Assembly (NCBI GenBank): GCA_001643675.2
Contig: LSRY02000019.1
Coordinates: forward strand, 186,001 to 250,000
Length of the DNA: 64,000 nucleotides
Direction of reading: 5' to 3'
From: Monocercomonoides exilis PA203
Lineage: Eukaryota > Protista > Preaxostyla
Shown here: in pieces, positions 34,521 to 44,501 of the stretch
Numbering within the stretch: position 1 is the stretch's first letter
Layout of the letters: the number at the start of each line of letters is the position of its first letter
Notes under the pieces: generated by a model
Database searches by the model: none
The model's input: only the letters and a program-made list of their open reading frames with translations
What the model was told of the DNA's origin: nothing
Program-made: the position numbers and the translations under genes

Positions 34521-37500
34521 TCATCTAAGGTGCGGTGTGAAAGTGGCCGAAAATGATGAGTGGTTCATTCTGGATGTGGGAGTCATTGGCTCGTCAGCTT
34601 GAGTAGGGGTCATTGATGAAAACTCAAATGGCGATCGACCTGGATGATCCAATGTTCGACTAAAAAGGGCAGTTGTGGAGCCGACAGAAAGAGAAGGTGA
34701 ACTTTCAAAATATGAGGGACCATGAGACGAAATCGGAGTTGGCGAAGAATCAAACAAAGAAGATGATGACGAATCCGATCCGTTAAAAAGGCGCATGCTA
34801 TGATCGAACGACGGGGTTGATGGAGGAGTGGAAGTTGAAGATGAGCTGTCCTGCGTAGCAGATGGAGACATTGAAAATGTTGTGGAAGATGATGTCAAAG
34901 GGGAAGCGGACATAACCCCACCAACTTGAGAAGACAAAAGAGACATCGATGGTGACCTTCCAACTGACGAACTCATGTCCAAAGGATTGACATCATCAAA
35001 CAAACCACCAATATTCTGAACGCTGCTCATTCCTGTTTGTCCGAGTCTTCCTCTGAAACCTGATGGAGACGGAGTAAAAATATCTGCTCTTCCCATCTCA
35101 CTCATTCCGAGCGATCCAAAAGTTGACGTGGGGGTGTTGCCAATCAGAGTCTGAGGCGACATTCCAAGATCAGATCCCAATCCATAACTTCCACTCATGT
35201 CATTTCCGATGCCCATTCTAATAGACGGAGATGAAAGCCCATAAATGTCTCCAGAGTCAAGTCTGTGATTGCGCATGTTCCTGCTTCCACTTCCAATTCC
35301 ACTATGGAACATCCCAAGTGTGCTCGGTGTCTGTGGATCTTCCATCGCTGCTTGCTGTCTTCTCTTCAGCATCGCCATGTGTCTTGCTGCGCGAGTGGCG
35401 CCTGCTCTCTCAATTGGTGTGGTTAAAGAAGGAGAGGTGCCGAGTTCAGAGGGTGACTGGAGAAGCATCGATCCCATCACAGAAGAAGGTGCACCCCACG
35501 AGCTGTGTGTTTCTAATTCTGGGAATGTTGTTGGTGTGAAGTCGCCTCCTCTCCGAATGACATTTCCACTGTCAATTGGAGTGAAAGATGCTGATGGAAC
35601 ATTCGAGGGAGAAGACGGTGGAGATTCAGCTGGAGTCACCAGAGGAGAGAGAACAGGCTGCTGTGAGTCTGTTTCTAAGCTATCTTCTGTTGCTGTTGTT
35701 GTTGCTGTTGATGCTGCCATCGCTGGATTAGATGAGGAATCACTTCTATTTGTCTGTGAAGTTTCATCTTCAAAGCCGTTATCTGTTGACTTGTCCGTCT
35801 TCTCTATTGTTATTTGAGTTGTTGTTGTTGAAGTTTTATTGAAAGAAGTAGAAGTAGTTGCTTTATTTGCAGAATGTGTCATCGGCTGAGCAGTTGATGA
35901 AGCAATCCAATTGACGTCTGAGAAAAGAGAGCGCGAGAAAGTGCTTCTTGCCGGTGCACTTGGAGGAATAGACTGAGAAGCAGACAAAGACGACTTTCCT
36001 GTTGCGCTCTGCAAAGAAGGAGCAAATGGCTTTATCTTCAAGTCTGATGGAATGGAGGTAGCATCCGATGACTCAAGTGCGACGGTGCTTGAAGACGACA
36101 CAGAAGTCGAACGCTTCTTTTGTTTGTCTCCATCATTATCACTTTCATTCGGCGTATGCTCATTCTCGACATCCTGCTGATTTTTATCACCAAGTTCTGC
36201 CTCAGACTTGCTAAATGGCTCTGGGGATCGAGAATTACGCGAATTTGACTTGGGCGCAAACTTCTGCAGCAGCTTCTGCTTTGGCGGGATTGGAGGATCA
36301 GCTGAAAGAGTGCCTCTGCGTGCAGCAGACGGAGAAAGCGCAATAACACGAACAGTTGTTGGGCTGTCCCTCGAAAGCGAAGGGTCCAAATTGTTAGACA
36401 CAGGCACAAATCCTTCTGGAAGAGGCACTCCATCCGAGGTTGGAGAAGGAGATTTGATGGAAAACGGAGAAGGAGACAGAAAGTCTGCAGCAGAAGGAGA
36501 CTCTGCCCTGAGGAGATCTGAGAGCACTTTGTCATGGGGCTCTATTCCAGTCTTTTCTGACTGGCGCGCCAAAATGCGGAGCTGCTTTTGGCGGAGTCGG
36601 ATGGAACGAGGCGAGAAAGAAGGAGCAGAATCGAAAGGAGGGCTGACAGAAGGAGAAGTGCTGGACGGAGAAGAAAAGGAGAAGTTGTGTGCGACCACCC
36701 GAAGTGGGGTAGAAGGTGAGGTCGATGAAGGAGTAGTCTCAATGGAAGACATCAGAGAAAACACCTGAGGCGATGATTCTGTTTGCTGTTGTGACAGTCG
36801 GCCGTACTTGCCTCTATTCTCCTTCGCAGCCTGTCTTCTCTGCTTCCTTGCAACATAGTTGCTCATTCCCAGAAGCGGAGTGGGCGAGTCAGCCCACGAC
36901 TCAGCCAGATGGCTCGACTGGTTCAGCTTCGAAATCGCAGGAGAAGGAGAAGACGAAGAGACGCCTGGAGACGAAGCAACGCGATGCCTCTTCCGAAGCG
37001 GCGAAGGTGTCGACAAGGAAGCATTTCTGGTGGACACAAGAGACCTTCGCAATGGCGTGGATGGTGCGAGCTTTGGGATGTCTTCGAGCACATCGTCTTC
37101 GTCTTCTTCATCAAGCAGCGCATCAACATCGTCTTCTCTTTCGTCGTCAACGCCATCTCCTTCTTCGCTTTCATTCTGAGATTCTGATTCCTTCTCATCC
37201 TCGTTTTCGTTCTCATCCAACTCATCGTCATTCTCTTCGTCGATTCCACGACGCTCCTTCTTCGACTTCATCCTCAGCCTCCGCTGCCTCAGTTCATCTG
37301 CAAATGCAGCAGAGCCCAGCTCTTCCTCTTTCTTCCGCTTTCCCCGCTTCTTCTTCCGCTGGAAGTCCACACTGTCTGGATCAATCCCAAACCTCTCTCT
37401 GAACTCCTTCGGCAGCTGGTGATTCATTTCTGATGGTTTGGCAACACCATATTCTTCACTGGGCAATCTGCTGCCGTGGTGCAATAGTGAAGCAGTGCCT

Positions 37501-40500
37501 TCAATGTACTTTTGTAGTGAAGCTGATGAGCTCCTCCTTTTGTGCAGGTTTTTGCCTGTGGCTCCACTCATTACAGAAGAATAAAGTCCTTCAGAAAATA
37601 CACCTCCATGTTCTTCTGGCAGAATAGTGTGCATATTGTCTTCTTTGCTCTTTCTTCCTCTCTTCTTTCCTTTCCGTTTCCGTCCAATGCGCTCCCCTTC
37701 AGCAGATACAAGTGATTCATTGCCAGATGATAGTTGATCAGGCAAAAATGGCGATACAGCAGGAGAAACACCATTCATAGAAGAAGAGGAGGAGGAAGAA
37801 GAAGAAGAAGCAAAAGAAGATTTCAATGCCGGATGCCACGTTCTCCCGCCGAACACAAACGACTTAGAGTACCACGGATTCAGCCTGGCAGAGCGCTTCC
37901 CCACAGGTGACGACTCCGGAAGCGTCCTTTTCATTCGGGCAGCTCTGTCGCCCTGCTGCTCCAATTCTTTGTCCTCTCCCGTCAGCCAGCTCATGTCATC
38001 GCCATCGTCTTCGCCGTTGTCTGCTCGCTGGCTCAGACTCATCTGCCGCATCGCAATCATCCGCTCAATCTCCGTCTGCGACTCAGACCGCCGCGGCCTT
38101 CCTCGTCCTCGCCCTTTCTTCTTCTTCATTCGACGGGGTAAAGCTGCTTCCTCGGCTCTGTCATACTCCAAAGGAGAAGAAGCAGCACCACCAACAGAAG
38201 AAGAAGAAGAAGAAGAAGAGTAAGAGAAACTTCGTTTCAGTGAGGCAGATGTTGGATAAGGTGTCGCCATGCTCATCCACTGAGGCCTGTTGTGCCGTGC
38301 GCGCTGCAGTCGCGAAGATTTTGGGAAGATGGAAGGATAAATAAAGTCAGACTTCATCGAGCGACTGGATAGAAGCAGAGAAGAAGATGACTGCGATGTC
38401 TGTGTGGAGGCATTGCCTTCTTCTGCGTCTTGTCCGTTTTTGCATTCTTCTCTTTCTCCTTCAGCCGAAGCAGTCTCACCAGAACTCTTGAATGTACCTG
38501 ATGTGCTCTGTGATTTCTTTTCCTCTCTCATTTTGAGTTGCCTCAGCAGCCTTCGCCGCTTCTTCAGCTTCTTCAAAATTCTTCGGCGCATTTCTTCAGA
38601 CAAAATGAACGGCTTTTGAGGAGACGAAGCAACAGCACTTTCTGATTCTTCTGTCTTTTGGACAGTATTTTTGGGATCAGAAAGCAAAGTTTGGTGTTCT
38701 TCTTTAACGGGCTCTGGGAATATGAGTGTTGGAAAAGGTGCGGTGGATGAAGTGGATGAGATGGATGGAATGGATGAGATGGAAGAGATGGATGGAACAG
38801 ATGAAACATGCAGTGCTGAAGAAGAAGAGGAAGAGGAAGAGGAGGAAGAAGAAGAAGAAGATGATGATGATGATGATGGTAATGATGATGATGATGGCGA
38901 ATGTGTGGATAAAGAAGTTGCAACTTCGTGAAGTGTCTTTGTTTCGCTCGCGTATGAAGATGAAATGGAAGGTGAAGATTCTGAAATGGAAGAAGCAGTT
39001 TGAAATGATTCAGAAGGAAGCGATGAGGAATGTGTTGGTGTGGAAGTCAAAGTTGAAGAGGAAGATGATGTTGTGATAGACGATGAAATGGAGACAGAGT
39101 CAGAAGATGCAACAATCAAAGTGCTCATTTTCTGTGTGTCATTCACATTCAAATTTGGTTTGATGTCAAATGAGTCAGAAATAGCAGAAATATCTTTCAG
39201 TTCTTCTTTGATCTGCTGGGACATTGTCACAACTGGCATCTGCTCCTCATTCAATTCTGTCAAAGAAGAAGTCGAAGTCGAACAAGCAACTTGTGCTTGC
39301 TCGTCTTTCACAGCAGAATTTGCTGAGGCATCTTGAACATCACTTTCTGTTTTTTCCTTCTGTTCGCTTTGATTTTGGAGATCTGTCTTGTTCATCCAGC
39401 GAGGAAGCAGCAGCTCCTCGTGGTCCTTCAGAAACTCCTGCAGCTCTTCATCATCGTCAATATCATCATCGTTCTCCTCGTCTTCATCGTCCTCTCCATC
39501 ACTCAGCTCATCGTCATCGTCATCATCGTCTGAGTTCAAATCGATGTCTGCAAAGAAGTCCTTGTTGTCTTTGATCGACAAACGCTGCTTTTTCGCTTTG
39601 GCCGCCTTTGCCGACGTCTCCTCGTGGCTGTCCTCGTCCAGCCAGCTCCCGTCAGACAGCTCTGCTTCTGCTGCTTTGTTCCCACTCCGCTTGGCAGTCT
39701 GCCTGCCCCTTCCTCTCCCTCTGCCCCGCCTTCGTCCTTTCCCTTTTTTCCTTCCCCGCTTCGCTTTGTCGTGCCCAGCTGTATCTGAGTCCTCTACTCC
39801 TATCCCCAAGCCATCTTTCCCGCCTCCGTATCCCACTCCATTTCCATTCCCAGAATCAAATACTTTTGAATCAGCTCCTGTCAAACCATTTTCAAGCCCA
39901 TTCTTCTGCCCATATGAAAAATCTTGGTGCTGCTGCGATGCTCCATTTCCTGTAGACCCAAACAAATTTGTCGAGTCAACGCCAAAAAATGAAGTCGAAG
40001 AAGAAGTCGTTTTTATTCTCTTGGGAAATGTGGATGCAGCTTGAGCTCTTGTTATTCCTCCCTTCGGAAAGAAAGCAGACGGTATTTCTTTCCCTTCCTT
40101 CAGCAGCTGCTCTGCCCTGTCTCTTAAATCGGCCTTGCTCCAGTATCGCATGATGGAGTACATCCTGTTCTTAATGTCATTCTGTGAGCGCCCTGGTAGA
40201 TCAACGGCAATGCGAGACCATTGATTGCCATTCTGGAACCAAGACGCAACAAGCGTTCGCTTTTCTTCTTCTGTCCACTGCTGTTTTTTCACTTGCGGGC
40301 ACAAATGGTTTATCCACCTTTCTCGGCATTGCTTATGCGACCTGTTTGGAACATGCCGCGCAACTATTAACCAGTCTTTGACTCCATCCGGTCCAATTTC
40401 TGCTACAGTATCCTTCAACAGTTGATCTTCGAGTGGTGTCCATTTTCCCTTTTTCCAAGTAGGTCCCATGCTCCCAACTCCACTGCCCAATGAATTCGCA

Positions 40501-41153
40501 GTCGATGTGAATCCAGTAGTATTGTTAAGAGATAATGTTGATCGTGCTTGAGTTTGAGATGGTGCTGATTGATTTGTGGAGAGACGGTTGAATGAATCCA
40601 AAGGATTTGGACCAATATTTGGAACCCCGGTTGGATTTTCGCGAGAAATATGTCGGAAAGGATTATAAATTTGATCCAGAGGCTTGCTTCCACCAGGAGC
40701 AGAAACGCTCTTTGGAGCTGAAGAAAAAGGAAAATGTTGTTGAGGCTGATTCAAAAAAGAAGATAAAGAAAGAGGCGGATAATTTGGTAGCGGATAAGAA
40801 GGCAGAGGAAACATAACCTGAGATGCTGGTGGTATCATTGGAGGTGGTCCATGATTTGTCTGGGGAAGGAGAAACCGTGAAGAAGTTGTATCACTTTGAA
40901 TTGGTCCTGGCAAAGGATGGGGAAGTGGTGGAGCAGGTTGGAATGGAATGGGTGGAAATTGCAATTTTGATGTGGGTGAAGTTGTTGCTGGAGGTGAAGA
41001 AGATTGCTGAGCATGAGAAAGTGAAAGAACAGAAAGTGGAAGAAAATGAAGTGCAGCAGGAGGAAGATGAGGTGAAGTCGGTAATGGTTGTTGAGATTGT
41101 ATGATGTGTGGATTTTGCGAATGATCATTTTCTTCTGTTTGCTGTGTTGACAT
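34521..41153 (-). CDS. R2R3-Myb transcription factor-like protein, 2210 aa, mostly low complexity
   Basis: Two canonical Myb repeats: KGKWTPLED...DWLIVARHVPNRSHKQCRERWINHLCP and QWTEEE...GNQWSRIAVDLPGRSQNDIKNR. Also acidic tracts, basic NLS-like clusters and an RGRPR motif. Confidence 0.92.
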   Translation of the reverse strand: MSTQQTEENDHSQNPHIIQSQQPLPTSPHLPPAALHFLPLSVLSLSHAQQSSSPPATTSPTSKLQFPPIPFQPAPPLPHPLPGPIQSDTTSSRFLLPQTNHGPPPMIPPASQVMFPLPSYPLPNYPPLSLSSFLNQPQQHFPFSSAPKSVSAPGGSKPLDQIYNPFRHISRENPTGVPNIGPNPLDSFNRLSTNQSAPSQTQARSTLSLNNTTGFTSTANSLGSGVGSMGPTWKKGKWTPLEDQLLKDTVAEIGPDGVKDWLIVARHVPNRSHKQCRERWINHLCPQVKKQQWTEEEKRTLVASWFQNGNQWSRIAVDLPGRSQNDIKNRMYSIMRYWSKADLRDRAEQLLKEGKEIPSAFFPKGGITRAQAASTFPKRIKTTSSSTSFFGVDSTNLFGSTGNGASQQHQDFSYGQKNGLENGLTGADSKVFDSGNGNGVGYGGGKDGLGIGVEDSDTAGHDKAKRGRKKGKGRRRGRGRGRGRQTAKRSGNKAAEAELSDGSWLDEDSHEETSAKAAKAKKQRLSIKDNKDFFADIDLNSDDDDDDDELSDGEDDEDEENDDDIDDDEELQEFLKDHEELLLPRWMNKTDLQNQSEQKEKTESDVQDASANSAVKDEQAQVACSTSTSSLTELNEEQMPVVTMSQQIKEELKDISAISDSFDIKPNLNVNDTQKMSTLIVASSDSVSISSSITTSSSSSTLTSTPTHSSSLPSESFQTASSISESSPSISSSYASETKTLHEVATSLSTHSPSSSSLPSSSSSSSSSSSSSSSSSSSSALHVSSVPSISSISSIPSISSTSSTAPFPTLIFPEPVKEEHQTLLSDPKNTVQKTEESESAVASSPQKPFILSEEMRRRILKKLKKRRRLLRQLKMREEKKSQSTSGTFKSSGETASAEGEREECKNGQDAEEGNASTQTSQSSSSLLLSSRSMKSDFIYPSIFPKSSRLQRARHNRPQWMSMATPYPTSASLKRSFSYSSSSSSSSVGGAASSPLEYDRAEEAALPRRMKKKKGRGRGRPRRSESQTEIERMIAMRQMSLSQRADNGEDDGDDMSWLTGEDKELEQQGDRAARMKRTLPESSPVGKRSARLNPWYSKSFVFGGRTWHPALKSSFASSSSSSSSSSMNGVSPAVSPFLPDQLSSGNESLVSAEGERIGRKRKGKKRGRKSKEDNMHTILPEEHGGVFSEGLYSSVMSGATGKNLHKRRSSSASLQKYIEGTASLLHHGSRLPSEEYGVAKPSEMNHQLPKEFRERFGIDPDSVDFQRKKKRGKRKKEEELGSAAFADELRQRRLRMKSKKERRGIDEENDDELDENENEDEKESESQNESEEGDGVDDEREDDVDALLDEEDEDDVLEDIPKLAPSTPLRRSLVSTRNASLSTPSPLRKRHRVASSPGVSSSSPSPAISKLNQSSHLAESWADSPTPLLGMSNYVARKQRRQAAKENRGKYGRLSQQQTESSPQVFSLMSSIETTPSSTSPSTPLRVVAHNFSFSSPSSTSPSVSPPFDSAPSFSPRSIRLRQKQLRILARQSEKTGIEPHDKVLSDLLRAESPSAADFLSPSPFSIKSPSPTSDGVPLPEGFVPVSNNLDPSLSRDSPTTVRVIALSPSAARRGTLSADPPIPPKQKLLQKFAPKSNSRNSRSPEPFSKSEAELGDKNQQDVENEHTPNESDNDGDKQKKRSTSVSSSSTVALESSDATSIPSDLKIKPFAPSLQSATGKSSLSASQSIPPSAPARSTFSRSLFSDVNWIASSTAQPMTHSANKATTSTSFNKTSTTTTQITIEKTDKSTDNGFEDETSQTNRSDSSSNPAMAASTATTTATEDSLETDSQQPVLSPLVTPAESPPSSPSNVPSASFTPIDSGNVIRRGGDFTPTTFPELETHSSWGAPSSVMGSMLLQSPSELGTSPSLTTPIERAGATRAARHMAMLKRRQQAAMEDPQTPSTLGMFHSGIGSGSRNMRNHRLDSGDIYGLSSPSIRMGIGNDMSGSYGLGSDLGMSPQTLIGNTPTSTFGSLGMSEMGRADIFTPSPSGFRGRLGQTGMSSVQNIGGLFDDVNPLDMSSSVGRSPSMSLLSSQVGGVMSASPLTSSSTTFSMSPSATQDSSSSTSTPPSTPSFDHSMRLFNGSDSSSSSLFDSSPTPISSHGPSYFESSPSLSVGSTTALFSRTLDHPGRSPFEFSSMTPTQADEPMTPTSRMNHSSFSATFTPHLR

Positions 41154-41844
41154 CGGAATGACCAGAAAAAAATATTCTAAATTTGATTTTTGGGCGAAGA
41201 AGGTAATTTATATTTTCGATCAAAAAATCCATATCTTATTTTTGCAAAACTTTCAAAGATTTTTAGAGAGGAAGCGTAAACAAATTACAAAAAAATTCCT
41301 TATAGAGTCATTTAACTCTTAACACACTTTGGTAAACATTGTGAAACAGAAAATGTAACATGTTTTTTTTCACTTTTTTCAGAGATTTTTTATTTCTGAT
41401 TTTTTATTTTATTTTACGACATCTTTGAGTCTGTCTACGATTGAATAGCTTATACAGTCCACCGTTCAATTCAAGAAATTGCAAATGTTCAAAAATATTC
41501 AGAAATCAATCAGATTTTCAAAAACCAATTAAAAAAGCTATCAAACTCTTTCTTTGAAAAAATCCATCAAATCTCAAACTTCATGTGCTTCATAAAACTT
41601 CATCTTGTTATCATGCTTATCTCAAAATCCGACAAAGTGAATTTCCATTTGAATAAAATTGAGGCTAAAGTGAAGAAGCAACTTTCTCTCTTTAAAACCA
41701 TTTTTGTTTGGAACTAATTTCTTTTGTTTTTAGCTTTCCTCCCTTATCAAACATGTCTTTCATATCTTTCTCTTCCACTATTCCTTCTTTTTCACATTCT
41801 TTGCTCTTGCTACCTTCTTCGCGTTCTTCGCTGCTTTCCTCAAG

Positions 41845-42940
41845 TTAGATTTCATCTGTCACCGTCATAACAAATATCCCGCATGGAAACAGTCCAACCA
41901 TTTCTTTCTTCAGTTCAATAAGCGTCGGTCTTTTCAATGCATCTGAAGACAGCCTCACATCCACAACATTTTTCATTACACTCTTTTCAATCCCCATCTC
42001 ATGCGGCTTCTCTCCGTTCACAATCTTCTGCCCCGCCACCTCTGCCTCATACTCTCCAAACGGGATCTCCAGCGTCAGACACTCCCACAGCATCATCCCA
42101 ATCGAGAACACCACCGACTCCTTTGTTGCACCCATCTTCTTGTTGATCAGCAGCTCGGGCGCCTTCCACCTCAGGCACTCTTTTCTGAAGTCATCTTCAT
42201 CCTCAAAGGCAGACGAGGGTAGTGAGTCTCTATCATCATCACTGACAGACGTTGCAACTGTTGATGAAGAGATTGATGATGAATCTGAATCATCAGATAA
42301 AAGCAAATCAGAATGCATCACAATGCAAATAACCATGTGCTCAGAGAACAGAATGATATGAGGACTCAGATTTGCCAAAGAAGATAATCCGTTTTCCATT
42401 TCGTCAAATGAATGGAGCGCAAGATTAGCCACCCAGAACAGGATCTGTGCAGCTGTTTACTCCCTCTCCTTCAGAGTTCCTATTGTCATCTCCTTCTTCT
42501 CGTTCTTTCCATGAAGCAGCATAAATAAAGAATCCCTCAAATCCACAATCAGCTTCTCATGAGGAGACGAGCATGCCATTGCGTCCACCGGATTCGACAT
42601 TGATGAAGTGGTTGGACAAAGATCCTCTCCTCGAACAAATGTTGAATCTAAGTCAGTTGTTGAGATGGATGAAATGGATGGAGAAGGTGTTCGCTTTCTT
42701 ATTTCTTCTTCTTCAACCTTCTCCAGCATCCATTCAGGAATCTTGTCTGAGTCTCTCCCCAAGATGTATTCAGTGGAACCACTTTCAGATAGTAAATACT
42801 CTTCAGATTCTGAAAGAATCGTCTTTTTTCCTCAATTTCTTGCCTTTATCTTTTCTTCTGATTTCTTCTCATCCTTTCTTCCTTCTCTCTTCCACTACTC
42901 ATTTTGTTATCCCATACTAAGATTTCATTCGATTTTATAT
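41845..42940 (-). pseudogene. Orphan C-terminal (pseudo)kinase fragment of the surface-protein-kinase family
   Basis: Motifs GSTEYILGRDSDKIPEW, DAMACSSPHEKLIVDLRDSLF, ANLSPHII and ECLRWKAPELL...SVVFSIGMMLWECLT..IPF. In-frame TAA at 42457 and further stops upstream. No TM or ectodomain. Confidence 0.8.
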
Positions 42941-43217
42941 CCAAAATACTTCTTTTCTTTTCAATCTGTTTTTCCTTTGATAATTGCTTTCTCTAACAAT
43001 CAAGAATATTAATTTATCTGCAATATTAAGCATTTTGAACAAATGTTTGCAAACTGAGTACATAGTAATAATTGCGGAATTCATATAAGAGCAATAAACG
43101 CAAAAATCGAACAAAAGAAAAATTATTATTGCAAATGATGTTGTTGATAATCTGAGTGACATATCATAATTATTGTCGTTAAGTCAGTCAATGGATTTTG
43201 TTCACGTCAGTGGTTTG

Positions 43218-43222
<5 letters not shown>

Positions 43223-43261
<39 letters not shown>
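43223..43261 (+). repeat. poly(T) tract
   Basis: About 39 consecutive T. Confidence 0.93.
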
Positions 43262-43447
43262 CGGAAAACAATAAATAATACAAACTTAAAGAAAATAATT
43301 AAACTATGGAAATAATAATAGTATTAGGATAAATAATAACTCAATTTCGAAGAGAATAAAATTTTTATTAGTGGAATAAATGTCTTGAGTTTTGTTTTTC
43401 TAATTCTTTTTATTGATATCTCTTCATTCGCTTTATTCATCAATATA

Positions 43448-44095
43448 TGTGTGATTATTTTTGAAATCATATATTTTCTGTCAAAAATTTTTATTTGATT
43501 GTGAGAAATGAGTATTTATAACAGAACATTGAAAGGTGATATATAGTTAGTGTCAATATTGGTGAACACTTTTAATAACTGTGGACATTAGCATTTTCTC
43601 AACAACCGTTGATAGTTGCTTTTTGACAATTAACCCAATTATTCCTAAAATGAATATGAACTAATATGAATTGTTTTAATCACCTATCCAACACAATGAA
43701 ATTATACAATAATTATTTTTTCTTTTCGGAGAAACTCGGTAAATAAAGATTCGGAGAATCTCTCTGAGAATTTAAATTGGTAAGTTTTTTTTTAACTTGG
43801 GAGCAAGTTGTTTCATTTTTGTGTGACTTTTAAGTTTGTATTCATTTTAGGAATAATTGGGTTAATTGTCGAAATCCAACTGTCAACGGTTGTTGAGATA
43901 ATGTGAGTGTCCACAGTTATTAAAAGTGTCCACCATTATTAACACTTACTACATCTGTTTTGTTGCGCCTCTTCCATTATTTCAAGTCAAAATTTGGCCT
44001 TTGAAACGAAAGATAAACATTTTTCATTTGAATGAAAAATTCCAGCGAATGATGAACACATCGAAAAATGTTATGAGTTCGAAAATAATCACACG
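43448..44095. mobile_element. Older outer MITE with ~24-bp imperfect TIRs and TA flanks
   Basis: Left TA|TGTGTGATTATTTTTGAAATCATA; right reverse-complement TA|CGTGTGATTATTTTCGAACTCATA. Confidence 0.65.
43544..43951. mobile_element. Tc1/mariner-like MITE with ~119-bp inverted arms, nested in the outer element
   Basis: Arms 43544-43662 and 43833-43951 align ungapped as reverse complements, about 14 mismatches by eye. Both begin TAGT. Flanks are TA and CA. Confidence 0.85.
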
Positions 44096-44501
44096 TATGT
44101 GATTTCAAAAACAATCACCGAAATATTTAAATTCGCTGTGTCGTTTTGACAGTTTTCGTTTTGCTCGAATGTTCAAAGAAATGAATATTGCTTCATTCAA
44201 AAGATGTTCCAAGTATTTTCTGGAAAGGACGAACATAGAAATCACACCATTGAAGGTTTGATCAGTGAATTTTTATGGATAGATCAACATTAATAACTGA
44301 ATGATTTAAGAGTATATAAATCACCTTAAATGTTTTTGTTTTAATAAAATAATAAGATCTTTTTTTTTTTTTTTTTTATAACTAGTTTATATTTTTGAGG
44401 TGAAAACTAGAAAAAGATGTGATAAATTATTTTCATTTCTTCGCACAAAGCAAAACGAAATTATAAATACATAATAGATTCAATGTTTCTAACATTTGAA
44501 A

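Noticed and set aside
41452-41485. TA|CAGTCCACCGTTCAATTCAAG resembles a pogo-type terminus
   Set aside because: No matching inverted partner found in the window.
480-42460. In-frame TAA/TAG in transposase and kinase fragments, suggesting the TAR=Gln code known from Streptomastix-like oxymonads (Streblomastix)
   Set aside because: Some TAG codons sit where Trp is expected (KH*KVMGD; R*I for GWM), frameshifts co-occur, multi-kb Gln-rich ORFs have no internal TAR, and intact genes end in TAA. This is ordinary decay.
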